NCBI RefSeq assembly: GCF_018350175.1
Contig: NC_058368.1
Coordinates: forward strand, 168,394,001 to 168,458,000
DNA: 64,000 nucleotides
From: Felis catus
Taxonomy: Eukaryota
Direction of reading: 5' to 3'
The notes under the pieces were generated by a model that was not told the DNA's origin, did no database searches, and worked only from the letters and a program-made list of their open reading frames with translations. Shown here in pieces: positions 23,437-36,745 of this stretch (its first letter is position 1; every line of letters begins with the position of its first letter). Position numbers and translations under genes: made by a program.

Positions 23437-26042
23437 TACTTATTCCAATTTTTGATAATTATTACTTTAGTTCTTTTGGTTACATTTGAATATTTAAATA
23501 TTTATTTAAATATTTCCCCTTGTATTTCTTTTAGAATATTTATTTAAAATTTTTCTTAAAAACTTTTTAAAAATAAAGTTTCTCTTGACTCCTACTATAT
23601 TAGATGAGAATATTTACATTTTTCATTGTGTAAAATATGGTCCATTGAATAGAAAAGGAGTGTGCTGGGTCCTAATGTCATGACCTCTGGGTCACTCAAA
23701 GACTAATATTCCTGTAAAAAAATATTCCCACATGAATTCTCTTTTAATATTTTACATTAAATCTAGCCATAATTTAGTTTGCTTATTTGGACCATGAATT
23801 TTATAGTTTGTTTTTTTCTGAAGTTTATAATTTTTTCTTCTTGAAGGAGGAAACTTTTTTTTATCATGCCACAAACATCGTCTCTTCCCCTTTTGCTGTT
23901 TACTGTCTTGAGTCTGTTCAGTTTTGCTCAAAGACATTTCTTCTAATGGTTGGTTCCATTTTCATAGGATTTTTGTTTTGTTTATACAGTTTCTTTTTTC
24001 TATATCTTCCACGCTGATGGTTTTCTTCCTATGTCTGTGATGTTTGACTGTGTTGATTGTTCCAGATAACTGGTTTAGAGTGCCTGTGCTGTTTTTCCAT
24101 CTGTTCTGTAGCCTCATCAGAATGGCTGACTGGGAGTTGTATAGACATGGTGGGTAGAGGCTAGGAGGGAGCTGGCCATAAGGCTGTGTTGGCCCCAAAT
24201 GTCAAAACAGTAATGGCTGCAGTTATTAGGCTACCCTAATAACTCTAATTCTCCTCAGGCAGTTCACTAAATTCTTAAGAGAAGGTCCCCGTGATTTTGC
24301 CTGGGAATAACTTCTGAGTAACCTGGACAGAAAGGTGGAGAGCAGGGGAAGGAGACTGCCAGGTGGAGCTGTTCAGGAGAGAGCTGGTCTATCAACCCCT
24401 CTCTTTTTGGTTCCTACCTTCCCATATTATCTGTGTCCCTCTTTTTATCTTCCAGAAATTTCTCAAAATCTCTCCTCCCTTGATGTGATAGGGATTTCTT
24501 ACTTTTTTAAAAGTGAAGTATAGTTGGCATACATTGTTATATTATGTTCAACATAGTGATCTGACAATTCCATACATCATGTAGTGCTTACCATAATAAG
24601 TGTAGTTATCATCTTTCACTAGGTTTATTCCTTTACTATATTATTGGGGACTAGGGAAAGAGAGGAGAAAAGCACTTGTTCTAAATTTGCTGTTGAACAG
24701 GAAATCCCAATTTGTATCTTGAAATATATGTGTATCATATTTCTATAGAACGTTAAATGTTTGAATAAGAGATTTAAGTATTTTACTCATTGACGATGTC
24801 ACTTAGATTGAGAGATTTTGGCCTAAAATACAGCTTCTTGCACTGAACCCAAGCTGAGAAAATCATACTGTATGAACTTCACTGGCCTAGCCTTTAGATG
24901 AAATTTTAAATATGGCATTCAGATAAGTACCTCCTGTAAAATATAAAATGCTGACTAAGCACACAATTGTAAAACACTCATCAGACCCAAGCTCAGATAA
25001 AATGGAAAACTTCTTAGGAAGCAAAAGCATGAAAGAATATGGAAGAGGGTAATGAATTCATGAGTCAGCTAGTAGAACTTCTTGTATCAGAAAAATGAAT
25101 ACCACATTTTCCATAAACATTTAATTTCCATTTGAATGTTGCTATTGGGTTTGCTATAATTACCTCTTTAGGAAAATGGTTCCACTTTCTGACCATAATT
25201 AGCTCCAGGAATATTTTCCCAATTTCAGTTTGAGTCTGCCCTTTGCTCTTGCTTTACTGTTCTTCAGACCTCTTCACTCTAAAGTCTGTTTTCCTCTCAA
25301 GTCCCTCTTTTTAAGTGTTTTGCTACCTGAAATGTCATTTCTTTAATCTAAATAAATCAGATCTCTTGACTTCTTTTTGGTAGCTGTCTTTGCATACTAG
25401 CAACTGTTTTTGTTTATTTCTAGAATTTAAGGTTTCTCTTAATATTCGATCTGCCAAATTCAATTTTCACATAAATGTATAAATGAATCTTTTATCCAAA
25501 TATAAAACAGCATCCTAACCATTTGGTAGTGAAACCCTTGCACCACCTTTCAAATCACAGTTGGGTAAACCTTCCTTTACTAGACGCACATGTTTTTAGT
25601 GTGCTTGTAGATAGGTGTCTTGGGGTGCACTCCTAAGGCAGTTTTGAAGAAATGTGCTATTCACTGCCTTATATAAACTTTTTTTTGTGCTGTCAACTCA
25701 TAGATTTTGCAAGGTTACTTTATCAACTGATAAGACCCACAGCTATTCATGCAAACCCAGTCATTCATTTTTTCAACACCAATTATGTGTTAGCCACTAT
25801 AAAGCAGTAGTGAATTGCAAACAAACTGGATCCCTACTCTCATGGAACTAGGAATCTAGTAGTGGAACAAATGTCAACTGTGATAAGCACTATGAAGGAA
25901 AAGCATGGAATTAACTCTGAATGGACAAGCAGTGTTCAGGAAAGCTTGCTTGGGATCACGGGTACAATATGCAAATATATTTTTTTGGGTGCATGTGTGT
26001 AAATGATATTTGAGGAGTATTTGGGGCTTAAGCAGTTTTACT

Positions 26043-26249
26043 TTAAAAAAAATTATTTATTTCTGAGAGAGGGAGACAAAGCATGAGCAGGGGAGAAGCA
26101 GAGAGGGAGACCCAGAATCCGAAGCAGGCTTCAGGCTCTGAGCTGTCAGCACAGAGCCCTATGTAGGGCTTGAACCCATTAACCATGAGATCATGACCTG
26201 AGTCAAAACCAAGATGGCCACTTAACCGACTGAGGCACCCAGGTGCCCC
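26043..26249 (-). mobile_element. CAN-SINE
   Basis: Complete reverse-complement SINE ending ggtgcccc. Confidence 0.92.
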
Positions 26250-26862
26250 AGCAATAGGTTTTAAAAATAGATTTGTTGGAATATTATTCATATGACACAA
26301 ATTCATCCATTTAAAATATACAAGCCAAGTTTTTGGTATGTTACATTATTAATTTTTAAAAATTGGTCATATATGTATATACATACACACACACACACAC
26401 ACCGTAATATATATATGTAAACCATAAAATTTGCCATTTTAATGATTTTTATAGGATTCAGTGACATAATTACATTCATACATTAATACAGTGTTAGGCA
26501 ACCATCACCACAAGAACTTTTCATCACCTTAAATTGAAACTCTGTTAAGTAATAATTCCCAGTTCCCCTCCCCATCCCCTGATAACCTCTATTCTAATTG
26601 CTGTCTCTATGAATTTGCCTATTCTAGGTACCTCATATATTTGGAATCATATAGTATTTGTCTTTGTATGCCTGGCTTAGATAATGTGTTCAAAATTTAT
26701 TAATGTTGAAGCATATATCAGAACTTCATTTTTATAACTGAATAATATTTTATTGTGAGTATATATACCTCATTTTGATTATCAGTTCATCTGTTGATGG
26801 ATACTTGGGGTCATTCCCACCTTTGGCTACTGTGAACAATGCTGCAATAAACATTGGTATGA

Positions 26863-27080
26863 GGGCTGCCTGGGTGGGTCAGTAGGTTAAGGGTGTGACC
26901 TTGGCTCAGGTCATGATCTCCCGGTTTGTGAGTTTGAGCCCCATGTCAGGTTCTGTGCTGACAGCTCTGAGTCTGGAGCCTGGTTCAGATTCTGTAGGTC
27001 CCTCTCTCTCTGACCTTCCCCACTCGGATTCTGTCTCTGTCTCTGTCAAAGATTAATAAACATTAAAAAAAAATTTTTAA
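26863..27080 (+). mobile_element. CAN-SINE
   Basis: SINE head, CT tract and A-tail. Confidence 0.9.
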
Positions 27081-27119
27081 ATCGGTACATGAGTATTTGA
27101 GTTCCTTCTTTCAGTGCTT

Positions 27120-27325
27120 AAAAAAATGTTTATTTATTTATTTTGAGAGAGACAGAGACAGTGCAAATGGGAGAAGGGCAGAGAGATGGGGAGAGAGAAT
27201 CCCGAGCAGACTCGGTGCTGTCAGCTCAAAGCCCGACACGGAGCTCAAACACAAGAAACCATGAGATCATGACCTGAGCTGAAACCAAGTTGGCCACTTA
27301 ACTGACTGAGCCACCCAGGTGTCCC
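27120..27325 (-). mobile_element. CAN-SINE
   Basis: TSD tttcagtgctt at 27109-27119 and tttcaatgctt at 27326-27336. Confidence 0.92.
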
Positions 27326-27719
27326 TTTCAATGCTTTTGAGTAAACATCTGGGAGTAAAAAGTTACTGGTTCATACGATAATTTTATGTCTAACTTTTTG
27401 AAGAATCACCAACCTGTTTTCCATAGTGGCTGTACCATTTTATATTCCTGTCTGTGATTTATGATTACCCCTCACACACACCTGTTATTATCATTTAAAA
27501 AATTATAGCCATCCTAGTAGGTATGAAGTGTGTTCTATATCTAACTTTTGGGGAAAACATCAGACTATTTTCCAAAGTGGCTACATCACTTTACATTCCC
27601 ACCAGCAGTGTATGAAGGTTTCAATTTCTCCATATCTTGCCAACACTTGTAATTACCTGATGATTTGATTCTAGCCATCCTAGTGGGTATCTCATTGTGA
27701 TTTAAATTTGCATTTCCTT

Positions 27720-27831
27720 GGGGGCACCTGGCTGGCTCACTCAGTGAAGCATGCAGCTGTTGATAGTGAGGTTGTGGGTTTAAGCCCCACATTGGGTTGT
27801 AGAGATTACTTAAAAAAAAAATTGAAAAAAT
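27720..27831 (+). mobile_element. Short old CAN-SINE (SINEC_old type, no CT tract)
   Basis: Ends gtagagattacttaaaa; TSD tttgcatttcctt at 27707-27719 and 27832-27844. Confidence 0.88.
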
Positions 27832-28255
27832 TTTGCATTTCCTTAATGACTTAATGATATTGATCATCTTTTCATGTGATTATTGGCCACTTGTATGTCA
27901 TCTTTGGAGAAATGTCTATGTAGATCTTTTGCCCATTTTTAAATTGGCTTATTTATCTTTTTATTATTGAGTCATATAAATTCTAACAGCAGTAATTTCA
28001 ATTCATAGCTACTGGGCAATGGTTCAGAAAGGAGCTCTTCTTCAGCCCAGTAATAAAAAATGCCTGTCTGTAATACCTGGGATGTTTTTATGAGTCTTTG
28101 ATTCCTTTGGGGTTTTCACATGAAGTCAAATGTTTAATTCTAAAAAAGAAGAGAATCTCATTTTAATCAAAAGTAATAGTCAAATAGCTAAATCTTACTG
28201 TTTCCCCCCACAATTTTTTGTTATTGTTCTGTGCAACAATTTTCTTTGAGTTTTC

Positions 28256-28480
28256 TTTTTTTTTTCAACTTTTTTTTAATTTTTTTTTTATTTTTGGGAC
28301 AGAGAGAGACAGAGCATGAACTGGGGAGGGGCAGAGAGAGAGGGAGACACAGAATCGGAAACAGGCTCCAGGCTCCGAGCCATCAGCCCAGAGCCCAACG
28401 CGGGGCTCGAGCTCACGGAGTGCGAGATCGTGACCTGGCTGAAGTCGGACGCTTAACCGACTGCGCCACCCAGGCGCCCC
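28256..28480 (-). mobile_element. Young SINEC_Fc
   Basis: Very CpG-rich; short TSD agttttc at 28249-28255 and 28482-28488. Confidence 0.96.
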
Positions 28481-28599
28481 AAGTTTTCAAAATTGTTTTT
28501 GGTATAGTGTTTAGCTATTTCCCAAAAACTTATATTTATTTCCACTATTTATTCTTTCTTACTTGGTTAGAATTATTGAGTTTCACACTATGTCATTTA

Positions 28600-28800
28600 T
28601 TTTTTAAAATTTTTATTGAGGTATAATTGATGCACAACATTATATTAGTTTCAGAGATACAACATAATAATTCGATATTTGTATATATTATGAAATGATC
28701 ACCACAATAAGTCTAGTTAATATCCATCACTGTATGTCATTACAGATTTGTTTTTTCCTGTGGTAAGAACTTTTAAGATTTACTCTTTTAGCACGTTTAC
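28600..28800 (-). mobile_element. L1MA-like 3' terminal fragment
   Basis: ttttattgaggtataattga...atgatcaccacaataagtctagttaa. Confidence 0.7.
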
Positions 28801-29569
28801 AGCATGGCAATGGTAGTTAATAATACTGTATTGTATAATTATATCATTTATAACCACTCATGGGTCATAGGCAATTTTCATGTCAAATTAATTCACATTT
28901 GTCTAATGTCAAATGCATTCAAGGTTATTAATGAGAAATCATACCTGGGATTTATAAAGCAATTTCTGCATACAAAGTACTCTTCAGATAGTAGCTAATT
29001 ATACTTTACAATATACCTGAAAGATAGATTTATTATTAATAATATTTGTCCTGATGTCAAATTCCATGAAGCACCTACTTGACACAAATGTCTAATGTGA
29101 TATAAATTAATTGAGAAGAATCTTTGCTTCTCAAGTTGCAGGCAACTGTTTATCCAGATATCACATCATTTATCTCTTGGCAGATGTTTTTTCCAAAAGC
29201 AATACTCAAAGTGTTACAAATACTTGATAAATTATACCTTGTCTTAATAGAGGAACCATGAATAAAAATCTGCCTTTTGGTATTTGATTTTGAGATAAAA
29301 GGAAAGGAAAATTATTAGAAATGTTTAGTTTGAAAGGTGAATGTCTTGAGAAGTGATCAACCTCTTCAAAGCACTGTGAATTTCAAGTGGGTTATTTGAA
29401 TACATAACAGTGGAACAAGTTCAATGATTACTTAAGATAAAGGGAGTGCTAGGGCCCACAAGAATTGAGTCCTAACTTAAACCCTGACATTAAGTACTTT
29501 AGTGATGTTTGGGCAGGTCTCTTAACCTCAGTTATTTTACTTATATGATCATGAAGTCACTATAACATA

Positions 29570-30405
29570 GTTCTATAAACTAATAGTCTGAATGCATTCC
29601 TAATTAGGAGTTGTTCATCCCACACAATATTTCTTTTAAAATTTGATCTAGTGTCCTAAATTTTTTAAAATGGCAGATCATGTGTACAAATTCAAATTTG
29701 TGACATCTGTTGAAAAAGGTGATCTGGCAGTAGTTATCTATGTGCTTGACTGACATTTGCTTGGGAGTAAATAGCTACCTACTCCCTCCCTTCCCACCCC
29801 CAGCTCAGCAGAGCATGGCTGTATCATTTGTCACAACAGGTTACTCGTTTTTTTTTAATTTATTTTTTTTAATTTACATTCAAGTTATCATATAGTGCAA
29901 CAATGATTTCAGGAGTAGATTTGTTAATGCCCGTTACCCATTTAGTCCATCTCCCCTCCCACAACCCCTCCAGTAACCCTCTTTTTTTTCTTCATATTTA
30001 ATAGTGTCTTATGTTTCATGCCCCTCCCTGTTTTTAAATTATTTTTGCTTCCCTTCCATTATGTTCATCTGTTTTGTCTCTTAAAGTCCTCATATGAATG
30101 AAGTCATATGATATTTGTCTTTCTCTGACTAATTTTGCTTAGCATAATACCCTCTACTTCCATCCACGTAGCTGCAAATGGCAAGATTTCATTCTTTTTG
30201 ATTGCCGAGTAATACTCCATTGTATATATATACCACATCTTCTTTATCCATTTATCCATTGGTGGACATTTGGGCTCCTTCCATATTTGGCTATTGTTGA
30301 TAGTGCTGCTATAAACATTGGGGTGCATGTGTCCCTTTGAAACATCGTAACAGGTTACTCATTTATGTCACCTGCCCAGCTTCTGTAGTTACTTCAGTGT
30401 ACTAC
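29570..30405. mobile_element. hAT-Charlie MER102-like relic split by an L1
   Basis: Flanks rejoin as ...ttactcatttatgtcacctgccc..., resembling my recall of the MER102 end. Confidence 0.4.
29851..30348 (-). mobile_element. 5'-truncated L1, same 3'UTR type as the full-length copy
   Basis: ORF2 C-terminus MEYYSAIKKNEILPFA; TSD aacaggttactc(g/a)ttt at 29835-29850 and 30349-30364. Confidence 0.96.
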
Positions 30406-30442
30406 AACGACAGAAAAATAGAGTATTTTAAGTTAAAAAAAA

Positions 30443-30480
<38 letters not shown>
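30443..30480. repeat. (ATCT)n microsatellite
   Basis: About 9 tandem units. Confidence 0.95.
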
Positions 30481-30488
30481 GGTATCTA

Positions 30489-31078
30489 TGGTAGAATTCT
30501 AAGATGACCTTAAGATTCCTACACCCTGGTGAGCAAACTCTATAATTTTCTCTCTTGAGTGTGGTCTGAACCTGTAAAAATGATGGATGTCACTGTTGTG
30601 ATTATGTTATCTGGCAAAAGAGGTATTATAGATGCAATTAAGTTCCTTAAAGTTTGACTGTGACTTAACCAAAAGGGAGATTATCATAGGTGGGCCAGAC
30701 TAGTCAAGTGGGCCCTGAAAGAGACAAGAAGCAACAGCAGATTCCTTGCTGTTAATCTCAAGGAAGAAGAAAACAGTCATGTTGTCAACTGCCCATAGTG
30801 AAACGTGGTCTTCTAGTAGCTGAGGTCCTTGATCCCACAACTGCAAGGAACTTAATTCTGCTATCAACCTGAATGACGTTGGGAAGAGGACCCAGACATT
30901 ACATGAGACCCCATCTCTTGCTGACATCTTAATTTCATTCTGGTGAGACCCTGAGTAGAAAATCTAGGTAATTCGTACCCAAAGTCCAGCTCCAAAGAAA
31001 CTGAGATAATAAAAGGCTATTGCTTTAAATTATTAATTTTTGTGGTATTTTGTTATGTAGCAAAAGAACACTGATATA
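30489..31078 (+). mobile_element. MaLR solo LTR (MLT1E/F-like)
   Basis: tggtagaattctaagatgacc start, aagggagattatc...ggtgggcc, end ttttgttatgtagcaaaagaacactgata. Confidence 0.8.
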
Positions 31079-31185
31079 TTATCTATGAAGGAATAATTAA
31101 AAGGATACATATTTGTAAATGAAGGTATAGGCTAAAAAATTGAATCTTTATGTAGATATTTATTTCATCTAAAAAGAAAGTAATT

Positions 31186-31282
31186 GGGTGCCTGGCTGGC
31201 TCAGTCAAGAAGAGCAAGTGACTCTTGATCTTAGGCTCAAGAGTTTAAGTCCCACATTGAACATAGAGATTACTTTAGAAAA

Positions 31283-31321
<39 letters not shown>

Positions 31322-31325
31322 ATAG
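31186..31325 (+). mobile_element. SINEC_old-type SINE with (AAAT)n tail
   Basis: TSD aaagaaagtaat at 31173-31184 and 31326-31337. Confidence 0.88.
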
Positions 31326-31572
31326 AAAGAAAGTAATGACTATAAAGGGTTAGCATCAAAGAGTTTTTTGGGTGATGGAACTGCTCTATATTCTGATAAT
31401 GATGGTGGTTACCCAAATCTATCCATAAGTTAGAAGCCATAGAACTATATACCAAATGAATAAAAGTTCAATTTTACTGTAAGATAAAAAAACAAAAAAG
31501 ATGTAAAAAGGTAAAAAGAGAACATAGTGACTTAAGATGAGGATCTGAGAGATTAAAAATCCTGAGTTTTTA

Positions 31573-31720
31573 TTTTTATTTATTTATATTTATGTACTAC
31601 TTATTTTATTTTTTGAAGTTTTATTTATTTAAGTAATCTCTACACCCAACGTGGGCTGAGACTCTCGACCCCAAGATCAAGAGTCAGATGCTCTTCTGAC
31701 TGAGCCAACCAGGTGCCCCC
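31573..31720 (-). mobile_element. SINEC_old-type SINE
   Basis: TSD atcctgagttttta at 31559-31572 and 31721-31734. Confidence 0.9.
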
Positions 31721-31794
31721 ATCCTGAGTTTTTAAACAAGAGTTTGTCTTGACTACATATTTACTTTTCAAAAGCTCAACGTTATGAGTCATGA

Positions 31795-31956
31795 TTCTCA
31801 TAAGGGCACTAATCCCATTCATGGGGGGGTCCACTCTCATGACCTCATTTAATTCTAATTACCTTCCTAAAGCCCCATCTCCAAATGTCATTATATTTGG
31901 GGTTTAGAGTTTCAACATGCGAATTTTAGAGGGACACAAACATTCCGTGTATAACA
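31795..31956 (-). mobile_element. MLT1A-like MaLR LTR fragment
   Basis: taagggcactaatcccattcatg...gggacacaaacattc. Confidence 0.8.
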
Positions 31957-32289
31957 CTGCACTATTTAGCATTATTCTGGAGGCATTAGCCAATATAATT
32001 AGACCGGAGAAAATAATTAGAGATATAAGTACAAAAAGAAAAAGAAAACTATCTCTGTTTTCAGGTTACATGGTAGTATACCTGAAAAATTCTTGAGATT
32101 CATGATGAAACCAACAAACAAAGAGCATGGAAAGGAAGTGACATATACAATTAACATGCAAAAATAAATAGAACTTATAAACAGGCATAAAAACTAGTTA
32201 CAAGATAAATCAGAAAAGCCCTATCCACAATAATAGCAAAAAATAGAAAATATTTAGGAGTAAACCTAACAAGAAATGTTAAGAATTTA

Positions 32290-33079
32290 TGTATTAGTTT
32301 CCTATTGCTGCCATGGCAAATTACAATAAATTAAGTGGTGTAATAATTACATATTTATTATTTCACAGATTTGTAAGTTCAGAGTCCCAAACAGTGAGAA
32401 ATGGACTATAATCAAGGTATCTACAGAGCTGAATTGATTTCTGGAGAGGCTTTGGGAGAATGGTTCTTGCCTTTTTTTTTTTTAATTTTTTTTAACGTTT
32501 ATTTATTTTTGAGACAGAGAGAGACAGAGCATGAATGGGGGAGGGTCAGAGAGAGGGAGACACAGAATCTGAAACAGGCTCCAGGCTCTTAGCTGTCAGC
32601 ACAGAGCCTGACGCGGGGCTCAAACTCACGGACCGTGAGATCATGACCTGAGTGAAGTTGGGTGCTTAACCGACTGAGCCACCCAGGCGCCCCGATTCTT
32701 GCCTTTTTTAAGTTTTTGATGCTGCTTGCATACCTTAGCTCATAGCCAACTTCCACCTTCAAAGCCAGCCATTGGTTGATTCTTTCTCATACCATGTCAC
32801 TCTGACATTGACCCTTCTGCCTCTCCCTTCCACATTTGTGCACTTCAGAATCTCTCCCTCTTTCCTTCCCTCCCTCCCTGTCTCTTTCTCCCTCTGGTGT
32901 GATTATGTTGTGCCCATCCAGATAATTCAGGATAATCTCCCTATTTTAAGATCAGCTGATTAGTAACCTTAATTTCATCTGCTATCTTAATTCTCCTTTT
33001 GTCATTTAATGTAAAATCTTCACAAGTTCTGAAGATTAGGATGTAGCATCTTTGGGAGGCCGTTTTTATGCCTACTGCA
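32290..33079 (-). mobile_element. MLT1D-like MaLR solo LTR
   Basis: TG...CA termini, 5-bp TSD attta/actta, ggataatctccctattttaagatcagctgattag. Confidence 0.85.
32478..32693 (-). mobile_element. SINEC_Fc nested in the MLT1D LTR
   Basis: TSD ttcttgcctttttt at 32464-32477 and 32696-32709. Confidence 0.95.
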
Positions 33080-33253
33080 ACTTATATGAAAAAAATTATA
33101 AAACACTGCTGAGAAACAAAAAGTAGATGTGAACATTAAAAAAAATCCCTTGTTCTTGGTTAGAACTTCTAAACATTATCAAGATATCAGTTCTCCACTA
33201 AATTAATATATATGTGTTGTATTACCCCAACAAAAATTCCAGCAAGTTTTTTT

Positions 33254-33371
33254 AAGTTTATTTATTTTGAGACAGAGAGAGAGAGAGAATGTGCATGGAA
33301 GGGGCAGAGTGAGAAGTAGAGAGAGATAATCCCAAGCAAGCTCCATGCTGTCAGCACAGAGCCCATCATGA
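33254..33371 (-). mobile_element. 5'-truncated CAN-SINE
   Basis: TSD tccagcaagttttttt at 33238-33253 and 33372-33387. Confidence 0.9.
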
Positions 33372-33657
33372 TCCAGCAAGTTTTTTTTTAAGTGAAGCCA
33401 AATAAGTTTGTTGCAAGATTTATATGGAAAAATGAACACAAAAGAATAGTTTGGAAAATACTGAAAAGTAACATTTCTGAGAGGGGACAAGCACTACCAG
33501 CAATTAAAACATACTCCAAAAGCTTTTATAATCAAAACAGTGTGGTATTGGTACAAGGATAAAGAGGTCAGTGGGGTAGATAAAAAGTCCAGAAATAGAA
33601 CCAAATATATAAAAATAATAGTGTATGATTAAGGTGGTATCTCAGATCACTGAGTCA

Positions 33658-33660
<3 letters not shown>

Positions 33661-33702
<42 letters not shown>
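33661..33702. repeat. (AT)n microsatellite
   Basis: About 21 units. Confidence 0.95.
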
Positions 33703-33707
<5 letters not shown>

Positions 33708-33726
33708 TTTAAATAATCAGAGATCT

Positions 33727-33933
33727 GGGGTGCCTGGGTGTCTCAGTAGATTAAGCGTCCGACTTTGGCTCAGGTCATGATCTCATAGTTTGTGAGTTCG
33801 AGTCCTGCATCAGGCTGTGTGCTGACAGCTTAGAGCCTGGAGCCTGCTTCAAATTCTGTGTCTCCCTCTCTCTCTGCTCCTCCCCAACTCATGCTCTGTC
33901 TCTCTCTCTCCTTCAAAAATAAATAAAAAAAAA
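33727..33933 (+). mobile_element. CAN-SINE
   Basis: Complete SINE; atcagagat repeated on both flanks. Confidence 0.93.
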
Positions 33934-34267
33934 TAGATCAGAGATGTAAATGTAAAAAAATAATACAGGTATTAAAACAAAGGTGAATTGCTCTGTGGAG
34001 AAAAGTTGAGTTAAGTGGAATTTAAGTCCAGAGGCAATAAAAAGAAAACATTGATAGACTGGATGACATAAAATTTAAAAACTGCATGGCAAAACACACT
34101 ATAAGCAAATTCAAAAGACAGTTATCAAATTGTGGGGAAAAATTGCAATATATACCACAGGTGAAGGGCTAATATCCTTAATATATAAAGAACTTTTAAA
34201 AATTAAGAAAAAAAGATAAAGGGCTTGATAGATAAAATTGAGCAAAAGAAGTAAACAGACAATTCAT

Positions 34268-34487
34268 GGGGTGTCTGGGTGGCTCAGTCAGTTAGGCATC
34301 AGACTTCGGCTCAGGTCATGATCTCAAGGCTTGTGAGTTCAAGCCCTGTGTTAGACTCTGTGCTGGCAGATCAGAGTCTGGAGCCTGCTTTGGATTCTGT
34401 ATCTCCCTCTCTTTGCCTCTTCCCCAGCTCACACTCTGTCTCTCTCTATCTCTCTCAAAAATAAACACTTAAAAAAATTTAAAAAAA
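34268..34487 (+). mobile_element. CAN-SINE
   Basis: 19-bp TSD aagtaaacagacaattcat at 34249-34267 and 34488-34506. Confidence 0.95.
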
Positions 34488-34933
34488 AAGTAAACAGACA
34501 ATTCATTAAGATAGATATAAAACTGGCTCTTTAATATTTATAAAGATGTTCAACATTACTCATAATCAGATAAATACAAAATAAAGCTACACTGAGACAG
34601 CATTTCTCAACAGAATGGCTAAAATTCAAAAGTTGGATGGTACTTTCTGTTGATAAGTCTGTGGGAAAATAGGCACTTTCATATATTTCTGATTGGAATT
34701 CAAAATGGAAGTGAGTTTGGCAATGTCAAACAAAATTATGCATTCATTTATCCTTGGACTAGAAATCTCACTTCTAGGAATCTCTCCTAAAGATACACCT
34801 CCAACAATTTAAAAATATGTATGCATAATTTTCAGATCACAACACTATGAAACTTGAAATCAACCACAAGAAAATATTTGGAAAGCCTCCAAATGCATGG
34901 AGGTTAAAAAACATCCTAAAGAATGAATGGGTC

Positions 34934-35156
34934 GGGGCGCCTGGGTGGTGCAGTCAGTTGAGCGTCCGACTTCAGCCAGGTCACGATCTCGCGGTTTGTG
35001 AGTTCGAGCCCCGTGTCAGGCTCTGGGCTGATGGCTCGGAGCCTGGAGCCTGTTTCCGATTCTGTGTCTCCCTCTCTCTCTGCCCCTCCCCCGTTCATGC
35101 TCTGTCTCTCTCTGTCCCAAAAATAAATAAAAAATGTTGAAAAAAAATAAAAAAAA
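34934..35156 (+). mobile_element. Young SINEC_Fc nested in L1 ORF2
   Basis: TSD aaagaatgaatgggtc at 34918-34933 and 35157-35172. Confidence 0.97.
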
Positions 35157-36527
35157 AAAGAATGAATGGGTCAACCAGGCAATTAAACAAAAGAAAAATT
35201 AAAAACTATTTGAGAGCAAATGAAAATGAAAATATGACAGTCCAGACCCTTTGGGATGCAACAAAGGCAGCCCTAAGAGGAAAATACTTTGCAATCCAGG
35301 CCTATCTCAAGAAACAAGAAAAATTCCAAATACAAAACCTAACCTCACACCTAAAGAAAGTAGAAGCAGAACAGCAAGAAACCCCAAAGCCAGCAGGAGA
35401 AGAGAAATAATAAGGATTAGAGCAGAAATAAACACTATAGAATTAAAAAAAAAAAAAACAGTAAAAGAGATCAATGAATGTAAGAGCTCATTTTTTGAAA
35501 GAATAACCAAAAATGATAAACCCCTAACCAGACTTCTTAAAGAGAAAAGAGAGAGAACCCAAATAGATAAAATCACGAATGAAAGAGGAGAGATCACAAC
35601 CAATACCACAGAAATACAAACAAGTATTAGAGAATACTACCAAAAATGATATGCCAACAACTGGACAACCTGGTAGAATGGGACAAATTCCTAGACACCC
35701 ACACACTACCAAAACTCAAATGGGAAGAAATAAAAAATTTGAACAGACCCATAACCAGCGAAGAAATTGTATCAGTTATCAAAAATCTCCCAACAAATAA
35801 GGGTCCTGGGCCAGATGGCTTTCCAGGGGAATTCTACCAGACATTTAAAGCAGAGTAAGTACCTATCCTTCTCAAGCTATTCCAGAAAATAGAGATGGAA
35901 GGAAAGCTTCAGACTCATTCTATGAAGCCAGCATTACCTTGATTCCTAAACAAGACAGAGATCCCACAAAAAAGAATTACAGGCCAATATCCCTGATGAA
36001 CATGGATGCACAAATTCTCAACAAGATACTGGCAAATCGACTTCAACAGTATATTAAAAGAATTATTCACCATGATCAAGTGGGATTCATTCCTGGGATG
36101 CAGGGCTGGTTCAATATTCACAAATTAATCAGTGTGATACATCACATTAATAGAAGAAAGGATAAGAACCATATGATCCTGTCAATAGATCAGAAAAAGC
36201 ATTTGACAAAATATAGCATACTTTATTAATGAAAACCCTCAAGAAAGTTGGGATAGAAGGAACATACCTTAATATCATTAAAGCCATATATGAAAAGCCC
36301 ACATTTAATATCATCCTCAATGAGAAAAAACTGAGAGCTTTCCCCCTGAGATCAGGAACATGACAGGGATATCCACTGTCACCACTGTTGTTTAACATAC
36401 TGTTGGAAGTCCTAGTCTTAGCAGTCAGACAACAAAATGAAATAAAAAGACATCCAAATTGGCAAAGAAGTTAAACTTTCACTTTTTGCAGATAACATGA
36501 TACTCTACATGGAAAACCTAAAAGACT

Positions 36528-36745
36528 GGGGCGCCTGGGTGGCTCAGTCGGTTAAGCTGCCGACTTCGGCTCAGGTCATGATCTCGAGGTCCTTGAGTTT
36601 GAGCCCCACGTCGGGCTCTGTGCTGACAGCTCAGAGCCTGGAGCCTGTTTCAGATTCTGTGTCTCTCTCTCTCTGACCCTCCCCTGTTCATGCTCTGTCT
36701 CTCCCTGTCTCAAAAAATAAATAAAACGTTAAAAAAAAAAAAAAA
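36528..36745 (+). mobile_element. SINEC_Fc nested in the L1 RT domain
   Basis: TSD gaaaacct(a/g)aaagact at 36512-36527 and 36746-36761. Confidence 0.96.

Larger units (their letters stand above)
26270..27985 (-). mobile_element. Old L1M 3' end/ORF2 fragments interrupted by three SINEs
   Basis: Antisense L1 3' motifs (ctgtctctatgaatttgcctattctagg, tctttggagaaatgtcta); one segment occurs twice (27390-27530 and 27540-27690). Confidence 0.8.
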
